Source of the DNA: Octopus sinensis
Lineage: Eukaryota
DNA: 64,000 bases
Direction of reading: 5' to 3'
NCBI RefSeq assembly: GCF_006345805.1
Contig: NC_043023.1
Location: 12,462,001-12,526,000 of the forward strand
In this document: piece after piece, positions 14,041-24,799 of the stretch
How positions within the stretch are numbered: position 1 is the first letter of the stretch
Layout of the letters: each line of letters begins with the position of its first letter
The notes under the pieces: model-generated
What the model saw: the letters and a program-made list of their open reading frames with translations, nothing else
The model's database searches: none
What the model was told of the DNA's origin: nothing
Program-made: the position numbers and the translations under genes

Positions 14041-14056
14041 TAGCGCCATCTCTTGG
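14041..14056 (-). promoter_or_regulatory. CTCF-like motif near the putative first exon of the 20822 gene
   Basis: Reverse complement CCAAGAGATGGCGCTA resembles the CTCF core CCASYAGRKGGCRS. Confidence 0.4.
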
Positions 14057-14182
14057 AGGATTGATGAAATACAATCATACCAAGGGAAACAACTTCTACA
14101 CCTCTTCAATCTTTGTCTGGACTCGATTATTAATTAAGGTGCTTAATTACTGATCACGGAATCGTTGTTTATAGCTGATTAA

Positions 14183-15340
14183 GGTAAGTTGACAAAGATT
14201 TACTTTAAGGCTGTAATGGGGATAATAATGCTAATGATAATAATGTAAATAATAGAATTATGTGAACCTCTCGATGTTACAGTAATTATTTTTCGAAGCG
14301 AAAACAAAATTTAAGACGACGGAAATATATTTTACCTCGTCTTAATTAATAATTTCCAAATCTTAATTAATAATTTCCAAACTGAAATGTCGATCTGTAG
14401 TTAAGGAAATCCTAAGACCGACGGTTACGTGTGATATAAAGGAAATTAATTTGTAAAATGTGTGTGAAGTGGTGTAATTAATTAGTAAAATGAAAGAAAA
14501 CCGATTGAAGAATACCATATTAATTGGCGTTATTTCGCATTAATTAATATTGTTGTCTTGTTAATGAGGCACTGGTAAAACGGAAAATTGACAAAGATTT
14601 ACTTTAAGGCTGTAATGATAATGATAATACTACTAATAATAATGTAAATAATAGAATTATGTGAACCCCTCGATGTTACAGTAATTCTTTTTCGAAGCGA
14701 AAACGAAATTTAAGACGACGGAAATATATATTTGCTCGTCTTAATTAATAATTTCCAAACTGAAATATCGATTTGTTGTTTAGGAAAACCTATGATTGAC
14801 TGTTACATGTGATATAAAGGAAATTAATGGGTATAATGAGTGTGAAGTGGTGTAATTAATTAGTAAAATGAAAGAAAACCGATCGAAGAATACCACATTA
14901 ATTGGCGTTATTTCGCATTAATTAATATTGTTCTCTTGTTAATGAGGCACTGGTAAAACGGTAAGCTGATAAAGATTTACTTTAAGGCTGTAATGCTAAT
15001 AATAATATTGTAAATAATAGAATTATGTAAACCTCTCGATGTTAGAGTAATTATTTTTCGAAGCGGGAACCTAACAAAATTAGGAAAATATATTTCTTCG
15101 ACTTCCAAACTGAAATGTCGATCTGTTGTTTAGGAAAACCTATGATTGACTGTTACATGTCATATAAAGGAAATTAATTTGTAAAATGAGTATGAAGTGG
15201 TGTAATTAATTAGTAAAATGAAAGGAAATTGGCGTTATTTCGCATTAATTAATGTTGTTCTCTTGTTAATGAAGCACTGGTAACACGGCAAGTTGATAAA
15301 GATTTACTTTAAGGTTATATTAATAATAGTAATACTGATG
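14183..15340 (+). repeat. ~330-400 bp tandem repeat, 3 units plus a partial; related copy at ~26040-26950
   Basis: Units start near 14183, 14582, 14960 and 15287 with (G)GTAAGTTGACAAAGATTTACTTTAAGG variants. Confidence 0.85.
14184..14189 (+). other. Putative splice donor of non-coding exon 1 (ZNF 20822)
   Basis: AAG|GTAAGT in the same TTAATTAAGGTGCTTAATTA...TGACAAAGATTTA context as 38746 and 51716. Confidence 0.6.
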
Positions 15341-16357
15341 CGGGCTAGAAGTTTTTGAGACGAGCGAGAAGTCGGTTACATAGAAACCGAATATTTTGCG
15401 ACATAGATGAAAGGCAAAGTCGGTCTTGGCCGTCTTTGAACTCTGGACTTTCCAACCGAAGTAGACTTAGCGGTCAATATAAAGATCCTCGACCGGGAAC
15501 AAAAATTTTAAAAAATTAACCAGGATGGTGGGTGTTAATAAATATGTGGAAAACAAGTAAGAAAAAAAAAAGGAAAAATGCGCTCTGACGACAATGGTGG
15601 GATGGGGGGGCGGGGGGAAATTTCGGAAAATTCACAAGATCCGATTTTTCCGTCATAACTTCCGGTACAATAGATATATATATATATATTCTTTTCCTTG
15701 TTTCAGTCATTTGACTGCGGCCATGCTGGAGCACCGCCTTTAATCGAGCAAATCGACCCCGGGACTTGTTCTTTTGTAAGCCCAGTACTTATTCTATCGG
15801 TCTCTTTTGCCGAACCGCTAAGTGACGGGGACATAAACACACCAGCATCGTTTGTCAAGCAATGCTAGGGGGACAAACATATATATATATATATATATAC
15901 GTATATACGACAGGCTTCTTTTCAGTTTCCGTCTACCAAATCTACTCACAAGGCTTTGGTCGGCCCGAGGCTATAGTAGAAGACACTTGCCCAAGGTGCC
16001 ATGCAGTGGGATTGAACCCGGAACTATGTGGTTGGTAAACAAGCTACTTACCACACAGCCACTGCGCCTATATTGATCTTTTTTTACGGAATACTACGTT
16101 TTTGGTTATGGAGGATGCAATTCTGAAAAAAAAAAAAAAATTCAAAAAATCGTATTTTAAAAATTTCAATTACCCTTCACACCTTACTCCTTATTTTTCA
16201 CTTTTCCCAGAATTTTTTTATTATTTCTTTTTTTTTTTTTTTTGCGAAATACGGAGAAAAAGACTTGAACTTCACTTTCAGTTTGAAAATCCTTAAGACA
16301 TCCCAATTCTTCTTTGAAAAGATCTGGGAACTCGTCACAGAGCTTGTGGCAATGTTG

Positions 16358-17309
16358 GGATCTTTTCGGTTTGAACAGCAGTTTTTTCTAGCGGTGTCAT
16401 ATGAAATTGTCACCCATAATTATGACCCTAGTATCGATCTATTGCATTTCAATCTGTTTTAGGGATAAGGGTGAGGGGAAGGGTATCTTTTTTTCTTCAC
16501 AAATGTAAATAAACCCAATCTGTTTCTTAAACGAGGGACATATTCATACGGCACAGAAAGTTGTTGTTTTTTTTACCTCAATAGACGTCAGTGATTGGTT
16601 GAAATTGCAGAAATTGAAGAAAAAAAAACAACAAATATCTTACAAACAATAGAATTTTCTCAATAAAGCCAAGAGAAAAAGATGTTTTATAAACACATTC
16701 TACCAGTATAAGAAGTTTAAAAGTGTTTAGTTAACTAAAAATTATTTTAAAAAACTGCCGGTCAAACCGAAAAGACCCAAATATCTTACAAACCATAGAA
16801 TTTTCTCAAGAAAGCCAAGAGAAAAAGATGTTTTATAAACACATTCTACCAGTATACGAAGTTTAAAAGTGTTTAGTTACGTGGAAATTATGTCAAAAAC
16901 TGCCGTTCAAATTGAAAAGATCCCTGTTTCTTAAACGAGGGACATATTCATACGGCACAGAATTTTTTTATCTCAATTGACGTCATTGATTGGTTGAAAT
17001 TGCAGAAATTGAAGAAAAAAAAACAACAAACTGTAGAATTTTCTCAATAAAGCCAAGAGAAAAAGATGTTTTATAAACACATTCTACCAGTATACGAAGT
17101 TGAAAAGTGTTTAGTTACGTGGAAATTATTTTAAAAAACTGCCGGTCAAACCGAAAAGATCCCAAATATCTTACAAACTATAGAATTTTCTCAATAAAGC
17201 CAAGAGAAAAAGATGTTTTATAAACACATTCTACCAGTATACGAAGTTTAAAAGTGTTTAGTTACGTGGAAATTATTTTTAAAAACTGCCGGTCAAACCG
17301 AAAAGATCT
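16358..17309. mobile_element. Merlin-like MITE (GGATC termini) with 8-bp TSD; other copies 30960-31389, 37824-38510, 50604-51319, 62878-63880
   Basis: GGATCTTTTCGGTTTGA ... TCAAACCGAAAAGATCT, with TSD CAATGTTG at 16350-16357 and 17310-17317. GGNRM termini plus 8-9 bp TSD is the Merlin signature. Confidence 0.8.
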
Positions 17310-17622
17310 CAATGTTGTTGCAAGGAAGAATAAAACTTGTTTGAGGTCTTAAGATGCGATGTTCGTGCACCCTCACTCTTGTCTCGACTCTCTATGCATC
17401 TCAGTCCCAAAACATTGTCCTTGGAGATTCCCTGTATCTGGATAGAAAATCACAGGTAGCAGCGTCTTGTATATTCAAGCTGCCAGCACCTGAAAAATTT
17501 CACCTGACTTCCGTTACATGGCACTCCAGAACTTGAAAATGTTCTCGCACAATGAAACATTTTGTGTTGAATTGTTCTGTAGTGGATGTGTGTGAATGTA
17601 AACAAATACATAAACCGTTTCA

Positions 17623-18349
17623 GGCGCAGGAGTGGCTGTGTGGTAAGTAGCTTGCTTACCAACCACATGGTTCCGGGTTCAGTCCCACTGCGTGGCACCT
17701 TGGGCAAGTGTCTTCTACTATAGCCTCGGGCCGACCAATGCCTTGTGAGTGGATTTGGTAGACGGAAACTGAAAGAAGCCTGTCGTATATATGTATGTGT
17801 GTGTTTGTGTGTCTGTGTTTGTCCTCCTAGCATTGCTTGACAACCGATGCTGGTGTGTTTACGTCCCCTTCACTTAGCGGTTCGGCAAAAGAGACCGATA
17901 GAATAAGTACTGGGCTTACAACGAATAAGTCCCGGGGTCGATTTGCTCGATTAAAGGCGGTGCTCCAGCATGGCCGCAGTCAAATGACTGAAACAAGTAA
18001 AAGAGTATGATTAAAAGGGATTTATTTTACATGGTTATAAGTACACTACATACAAATGTAAGCAAATGCTACGAATTGCTTGTATAGAGCACATATTAAA
18101 AATGAATATGTTTGTGTGTGTGTGTGTGTGTGCATATTACTCTTTTACTTGTTTCAGTCATTTGACTGCGGCCATGCTGGAGCACCGCCTTTTAATCGAG
18201 CAAATCGACCCCGGGACTTATTCTTTTGTAAGCCCAGTACTTATTCTATCGGTCTCTTTTGCCGAACCGCTAAGTAACGGGGACATAAACACACCAGCAT
18301 CGGTTGTCAAGCAATGCTAGGGGACAAACACAGACACACAAACACACGC

Positions 18350-18380
<31 letters not shown>

Positions 18381-18549
18381 TATATATGACGGGCTTCTTT
18401 CAGTTTCCGTCTCCCAAATCCACTCACAAGGCTTTGGTCGGCCCGAGGCTATAATAGAAGACACTTGCCCAAGGTGCCACGCAGTGGGACTGAACCCGGA
18501 ACCATGTGGTTGGTAAACAAGCTACTTACCACACAGCCACTCCTGCGCC
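17623..18549. mobile_element. Inverted (tail-to-tail) pair of family-1 SINEs
   Basis: + copy 17623-18005 and - copy 18138-18549. Confidence 0.85.
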
Positions 18550-18702
18550 ATGTGTGCATATTTCATTCGAAACAGTAGTCGATAAATACTGTGAGCATAT
18601 CTCTCTGTCTGTCGTCTGCCAAAAACTTGGGGCAAGATAGATCTGTCTGCTGCCATCTCCGCTGCAATTGTCCCTTCTCTGTTTTCCTCCTTGTATTTAT
18701 AA

Positions 18703-19137
18703 CTAGCAGCATAGCCCGGCGTTTCCCGGCTATGTAAGAGCCCCTAGTGGGCAACGACTAATCCCAATCTAGTCCTTTCCCTCCAGGGAATGAAGGCGCA
18801 TGTGTAGGTTGCAATGTCTTCTCTTCACTCGAATACTTCTGTGTATACGATGTTCCTAGCTGTCCCTTTGGGCGATAAAAAGGTCGAGTTGTGTCCCCTA
18901 GACAGAAAATGTGTTGCATATAAAAAGCTTAGATTCTCGACCCCCATGTCGAATTTATCGATATTTTTCAGAACTGGGGAAACTTTTCAAAATTTTTGCT
19001 GCATTAGTTTTGAATTATGACATTGGGCTATGTGTGTGTCAAGTTTCATCAGAATCGGTTGAAAGCCGTGGTCAGGGTGAGGTTACAACCTGACAGACAC
19101 ACAGACAGACAAACTGCCGTTTATATATATAGAGAGA
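18703..19137 (-). mobile_element. Non-autonomous Helitron
   Basis: Minus strand: 5' TC start, 3' GC-rich hairpin (plus-strand GCCCGGCGTTTCCCGGC) then CTAG, inserted at A|T, no TSD. Confidence 0.75.
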
Positions 19138-20359
19138 TATTTGAGACAGCTAGAAAAACAGACATATCGCAATAGAGACAATGCTTATTTAGTTCAGCAT
19201 TTGTCCATTTGAACTCAGCCTGACGTGGCTGAGGTCGCAGGTCAAAGGGTGATGATCAATGACTTTTTGACAGATCAAAGGAATTCTTACTTTCGCGTCT
19301 TTGATTGCATTGGCTTGAGCGACCGAGGATTCTTGGAATCGATCTCGAATCTAGGCTTAGAGAAGGAAGTGCTAATTCTTAAAGTTCTTTCATAAAGTGA
19401 CAATTTCCTCCGTCATCAGATCGTCAATATCCTTGGGTGGACTTTGTCAAGTAGCCAGATTCACCATTTGTTTATAGATGGTTAGCGGTTTGATTCATCA
19501 AGAAAACTTGAGCCTTGATGTGGTCAGGCACAGCACTGACCACAGCAAAAGTACAGAATCTTGACCAGTAATTAGGCCACGGTTCTGATGTTGAATCAGA
19601 TGCCAGTGAAAGGAGAGAGAAGAAACAAAAAACAAAAGCAGATAAGTAATTTGAGAAATGCAGGGAAATCTATATACAGAATAGGCGTAGGAGTGACTGT
19701 GTGGTAAGTAGCTTGCTTACCAACCACATGGTTCTGGGTTCGGTCCCACTGCGTGGCACCTTGGGCAAGTGTCTTCTATAGCCTCGGGCCGACTGAAGCC
19801 TTGTGAGTGGATTTGGTAGATGGAAACTGAAAGAAGCCTGTCGTATATATTATAGGTGTAGGAGTGGCTGTGTGGTAGGTAGTTTGCTTACCAACCACAT
19901 GGTTCTGGGTTCGGTCCCACTGCGTGGCACCTTGGGCAAGTGTCTTCTATAGCCTCGGGCCGACCAAAGCCTTGTGAGTAGATTTGGTAGACAGAAACTG
20001 AAAGAAGCCCATCGTATATATGCATGTGTATATGTTTGTGTGTCTGCGTTTGACAACCAATGCTGGTGTATTTATGTCCCCGTAACTTAGTGGTTCGGCA
20101 AACAAGACCGATAGAATAAGTACTAGGCTTATAAAGAATAAGTCCTGGGGTTGATTTGCTTGACTAAAGGCGGTACTCCAGCATGGCCGCAGTCACATGA
20201 CTGAAACAAGTAAAAGTGTAAAAAGTGTAGAATGTTGTAAAAGTTTCAATGCCTCAATGGATTCTGACCCCTGCAAACATAGACATTAAATGGATGACAG
20301 TGTTGATGTTGTAAGATTTGCAATGTTGAATTACTATGTCGTTTAATGATTCTCTTTAT

Positions 20360-20388
20360 CTCACTGCTTCTTTTTTTTTTTACTTCAG
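20360..20388 (+). other. Putative splice acceptor of the ZNF leader/coding exon (paralogs AG at 43452-53, 43856-57, 54888-89, 55293-94)
   Basis: Poly-pyrimidine tract plus TTCAG|AATAT conserved in five copies. Confidence 0.65.
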
Positions 20389-20821
20389 AATATAACATCC
20401 TGTTGATATGAAAGAAATTACTTCATTCAGATGTGCCTCTGATATTTTATCAGCTCCCATCAACCAAAGGAAGATGATATATTTATACGGAGCATTCATC
20501 AATACATCAAACCCATCTTATAAAGGAAATCTGTGAAAAACAACGGCAAAATATTTCTTCTGGACGATGGAATTAACAGCAACAATTTGAAGTCTTTGCT
20601 GTCTGGAATATAGAGGAGATGATTGTTTTACAGGTTAATTAAGCTTGGATAACTTTACAAAGGGGTAGACAATTGTCACCTCTTCATTTAGATATTAAGC
20701 AAAATCACAGATGAAAGAAGCATAGCATTAAATTATTCTCTGAAAATAGCAACACAAATTTATTCATAGAAATGAGATAAAAGATATCATTGTGATATTT
20801 ATGACAAATTATTCTCTCGTA

Positions 20822-21532
20822 ATGAATAATTTAACTAAACCAAAAAACTCTGATACAGGAGAGAAGCCATATCATTGTGATGTTTGTGGTAAAACATTCG
20901 CTCAAAGTTGTCGCTTGACCAGTCACGTACGTACACATACAGGTGAGAAGCCATATCATTGTGACACCTGTGGTAGATCATTCTCCTGTCGTAGTCAGTT
21001 GACGAGTCATCAACGTATTCATACAGGTGAAAAACCATATGACTGTGATATTTGTGATAAATCATTCTTTTATAATAGTCACTTGACTAGGCACAAACTT
21101 ACTCATAGCGGGGAAAAACCATATCAGTGTGATATCTGTGACAAATCATTCTCTGCAAATAGCACCTTAGCCAGTCACAAACGTACTCATACAGGTGAGA
21201 AACCATATCACTGTGACATCTGTGGTAAATCATTTTCTGAAAATAGTAATTTGACTAATCACAGACGTATTCATACAGGTGAAAAACCATATCAGTGTGA
21301 TACCTGTGGTAAATTATTTGCTGAATTAGGCCACTTTAAATCACACAGACGCATTCATACAGGTGAGAAACCATACCATTGTGATATCTGTGGTAAATCA
21401 TTTTGTCAAAGCAGTGAGTTATCAGTACACAGACGTATTCATACTGGTGGGAAGCCGTATCATTGTGATATCTGTGGTAAATCATTCTCTCAAAAGTGCC
21501 ACTTAATTATGCATGTGAGGATTCATACATAA
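20822..21532 (+). CDS. C2H2 zinc-finger protein, 8 tandem fingers, no effector domain (236 aa; in-frame ATG also at 20801)
   Basis: Eight C-x2-C-x12-H-x3-H units with TGEKPY-type linkers. The MNN start is conserved with the paralogs. Confidence 0.9.
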   Translation: MNNLTKPKNSDTGEKPYHCDVCGKTFAQSCRLTSHVRTHTGEKPYHCDTCGRSFSCRSQLTSHQRIHTGEKPYDCDICDKSFFYNSHLTRHKLTHSGEKPYQCDICDKSFSANSTLASHKRTHTGEKPYHCDICGKSFSENSNLTNHRRIHTGEKPYQCDTCGKLFAELGHFKSHRRIHTGEKPYHCDICGKSFCQSSELSVHRRIHTGGKPYHCDICGKSFSQKCHLIMHVRIHT

Positions 21533-21609
21533 GTTTAACCATATGAATATTAAAATTTATTACATGACAATAAAGAGGACAGATCCTGTACACTATAGAT
21601 CTCTATTCC

Positions 21610-22910
21610 TAACTCCAGCTGCTGTAATCAACTCATTGAGTTTCTTGAGGACGTTACCCAAATCACTGATCGCAGATCCTGGGTGGATGTTGTTTACCTG
21701 GACTTTGCTAAGGCTTTTAACTCTGTGCCACACAAAAGACTTATGGTGAAGCTTTCTGCGTTGGGTGTAAGAGACGATCTCTATAACTGGTTGAAGTCCT
21801 TTATTTTCGGCCGAAAAGAGGTTGTCACAGTTCTAGGACAGCACTCTTCACCCAATGAGATGACATCTGGTGTACCACAGGGATCTGTTCTTGGCCCCCT
21901 TTTATTTGTTGCATATGTTAATGACATAGATGTCAACTTAAAGAATGCCACAGTGCTGAAATATGCAGATGACATCAAGCTATACCTCGAAATAAAGAGG
22001 TCAGATCCTGTACACTATAGATCTCTATTGCAAGCAGACCTGGATACAATGCAGCAGTGGATCATGGACTGGCAACTCTGGCAGTGGACAAATGTACCAC
22101 CATGCATTTTGGGAGGAGAAACCCAACGTCCACCTACTCCCTCCACAACACTAATCTCAAAAAGTCTTCAACTGAACGTGACCTGGGTGTTATTGTCGAC
22201 AGCGATTTGCATTGGACAAAATACATCGCTAAAATTGCCAAGAAGGCTGAGGGTGTCTTGGCATCACTCACCAAATCCTTTGTGAGCCGCTCTCCGGCTA
22301 TCTATCTGCGGCTTTATATAGCTATGGTGTGGCCTCACCTGGAATTTGCATCACCGGTCTGGAACCCCTATCTTGCCCAGGATATTAATCGTCTGGAAGC
22401 CATTCAGCAACGTGCAACAAAGAGAATACCCTCCATCAGGCATTTGCCATATTCTGAACGCCTTACTTCTTCCCTGGGCATGGATACATTGAAACTCTGA
22501 CGTCTGGCAGCTGACTTGGCAGACACCCATAAAATTATCAACCATCTTACTAACAATAACTCTGAGCACCTTTTCAAACTTCACCTGTCTAACACCCGTG
22601 GACATGTTTACAAAGTCAGAAAACAGCACAGCTCCCATGACTTTGGTAAACATGCTTTCACGCTAAGAGTTTCTGAAGTATGGAACAAACTGCCAGCATC
22701 AGTTGTTAGTTGTCGGAGCACTGCATCCTTCAAAACTTCCATGCTTCCTGAGATTCACCAACACTACACCTGATTTTCTCCCCTCCATACACACGCAAGC
22801 ATGTATCTGACTCATACACTGTTCACTTTCCAGACATTTCTACATTACTGCATATGCTTTATACACACTGTTTGACAAGTTGTGGTGCACCTGAGCACTG
22901 TATACAATAA
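21610..22910 (+). mobile_element. 5'-truncated CR1/L2-group LINE (RT C-terminal half), frameshifted
   Basis: DVVYLDFAKAFNSVPH, SGVPQGSVLGPLLF, YADD, ERDLGV, PHLEFASPVWNPY, LEAIQQRATK, YSERL spread over three ORFs. Confidence 0.9.
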
Positions 22911-22911
22911 T

Positions 22912-23140
22912 ATCTGGGTTTTTCCACGTGAGACCTTTCCTTTTTTCGAAGCGTCTCCTATATTGGGAGTTTTATAAATTGTTGAATTTTTTCGTTGTTG
23001 TAAAGCTTGTTTACACAGACTTTTCTCCTTCGAAAAACCGTCAAAACCCTTTGTAACCTTTCGTCCTGTTTTGTCCCTTTATGTTTTCCAATCATGTTTG
23101 TCAGCCCTTGTGGCCAATAAAAAGAATTAATTATTATTAT
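22912..23140 (+). mobile_element. Probable 3' end of a second LINE
   Basis: Ends TGTCCCTTTATGTTT..AGCCCTTGTGGCCAATAAAAAGAA(TTA)n, similar to the SINE family 2 tail. Confidence 0.4.
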
Positions 23141-23646
23141 TATGACAACAATTATAACTATTTTGCCTGCCAAAAGACAGAGTGTTTTTTTTTTTTCCTT
23201 TTCAAATTTGACTTGACATTATCAACTTCAATTTCTTCAATATCAACCTCAATAACGTGTTTATATGGGAATAGATCAACGTGACAACAACTTTGGTTTC
23301 TAGAGATGATTGTGCTGGATTTTTTGAGGAACTTCTTAGAGAATAAAGAATAAAAGGTTAAACTGATGTTGATATTGTCTGTGTTGTGTTTCCATCATCA
23401 TCATTATCTTGTAACAATTTTTTCCATACTGGCATGGGCAGCAGAGTGTGACATGACCTGGCGAGCCATAGTGCTGCACTTGTTCCAGTCTGATTCTGGT
23501 GTTTGTTTGTTTTTTTCCTTTTTGTTGTATGCCCTTCCTAATGCTAACCAGTTTACAGTGTGGGCTACGTGCTTTATATACATGAATATATATTTATCGA
23601 TGCATGCATATATAAAGGACAACAGGTAAATATATATATATATATA

Positions 23647-23848
23647 CTTTATTTTAAGCAGCAGAAAATTCAACAAAATCTGTTACTCTGAGTTTCTCGT
23701 TGCCGTTCATCTGATGAACGGCAACGAGAAACTCAGAGTAACAGATTTTGTTGAATTTTCTGCTGCTTAAAATAAAGCATATTACTCTACCACTGGTATT
23801 TGAGTACTCTTTTTTCCACCTTGTTTCACATTTATGTGTTTACTCCGG

Positions 23849-23849
<1 letters not shown>
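23647..23849. mobile_element. Penelope-like terminal fragment with a perfect 65-bp-arm inverted repeat, inside (TA)n
   Basis: 23647-23711 is the exact reverse complement of 23713-23777. CTGATGA..GAAAC..GTA motif at the axis. (TA)n on both sides. Confidence 0.55.
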
Positions 23850-23887
<38 letters not shown>

Positions 23888-24005
23888 GGACTTCACTACC
23901 TCATATGTTCTTAAAATTTAAATCTACATCTTTGTCTGTATATCTACCTTCTCTATAATGTTGCCACTTGATTTGAAAGCTTTTGTATTAATGGAAAACC
24001 TCTAT

Positions 24006-24096
24006 AATTGGCTGAAGAGCACTCAGCATCTTAAATCTGCTGTAATACTTACAACATTTAATAAAATGATGTAGCACGAAACGATCGTACCAAATT
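24006..24096 (+). ncRNA. Candidate type I hammerhead ribozyme (Penelope-type, possibly degenerate)
   Basis: TTGG-CTGAAGA-G ... C-GAAAC-GATC-GTA-CCAA: stem I TTGG/CCAA, both core boxes, palindromic stem III ACGATCGT. Stem II is long and imperfect. Confidence 0.5.
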
Positions 24097-24223
24097 ACCG
24101 GCGTCATTCTTGTTGCTTATTTTGATTATAATCAGCCCACAAATTTTTATGGATAACACCATACAAAATTCTGGTGCATCTGAATTAAGTACCATATTCA
24201 TTCGAATCTAAATTGTTGCTGAA

Positions 24224-24269
<46 letters not shown>

Positions 24270-24401
24270 GATAGGGGTTGTAAATTCAACCTTCCATGGG
24301 ATAACATATATCCAATATACTGCTAGAGAAGTACCCAACAAAACTAATACATAAATGTTAAAAATTGCAATGCAATTAATTCATCTACTGTTCTCATTTT
24401 G

Positions 24402-24432
<31 letters not shown>

Positions 24433-24441
24433 GGCATATAC

Positions 24442-24690
24442 ATATGCCTCAGTAAAGCTGGACTCAAGAGTCATCTTCGTAGTCATAAAGCGAGACAGAT
24501 GAGTGACAACCTGGCCACTGGTGGTGCTGTAACACACCATACTAATCATATCTGTCGGGCATGTGGAGGAGAGTGTAATTCGGCAGGAGGACTTAAATGA
24601 TATGCAAAGGTACATGAAGCCCAGTTACAACTACAGCCGGCTATTACCGTTAAAGGTTTTAGTTACCAATTTTGTACAAGACATTGTACA
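24442..24690 (+). mobile_element. Probable LINE fragment with non-Kruppel zinc-finger motifs
   Basis: CLSKAGLKSHLRSH and CRACGGECNSAGGLK*YAKVH; no TGEKP linker; internal stop. Confidence 0.4.
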
Positions 24691-24799
24691 AACCGAAAAG
24701 ATCCCATAAGACTTCATATAAATTATCTCTCTGCCCAAAGATTCTGAAGATTATAATATTTATTGTGGTCGTTCAATTCACAAAGTAAACATCGTCTAA

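Larger units (their letters stand above)
17578..19383. mobile_element. TG-ended insertion with 4-bp TSD (solo-LTR- or Ginger-like), hosting two SINEs and a Helitron
   Basis: GTTC at 17574-17577 and 19384-19387. Excision restores gag FMKEQFNTKCFIVRE. Confidence 0.6.
16255..19620 (-). mobile_element. Fragmented Gypsy (K02A2.6/Mag-like) gag-pol remnant
   Basis: Minus-strand translations: SDSTSEPWPNYWSRFCTFA..AQVFLMNQT, FMKE|QFNTKCFIVRE, FKFWSAM*RKSGE..QDAATCDF, LQQHCHKLCDEFPDLFKEELGCLKDF. Frames rejoin once nested inserts are removed. Confidence 0.75.

Noticed and set aside
17623-17700. tRNA gene
   Set aside because: The A/B boxes belong to a multicopy SINE head that runs into the SINE body. 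No full cloverleaf was seen.
20792-20821. GTG start given by the ORF track
   Set aside because: Eukaryotic gene; the ATG at 20822 is the one conserved in all paralogs.
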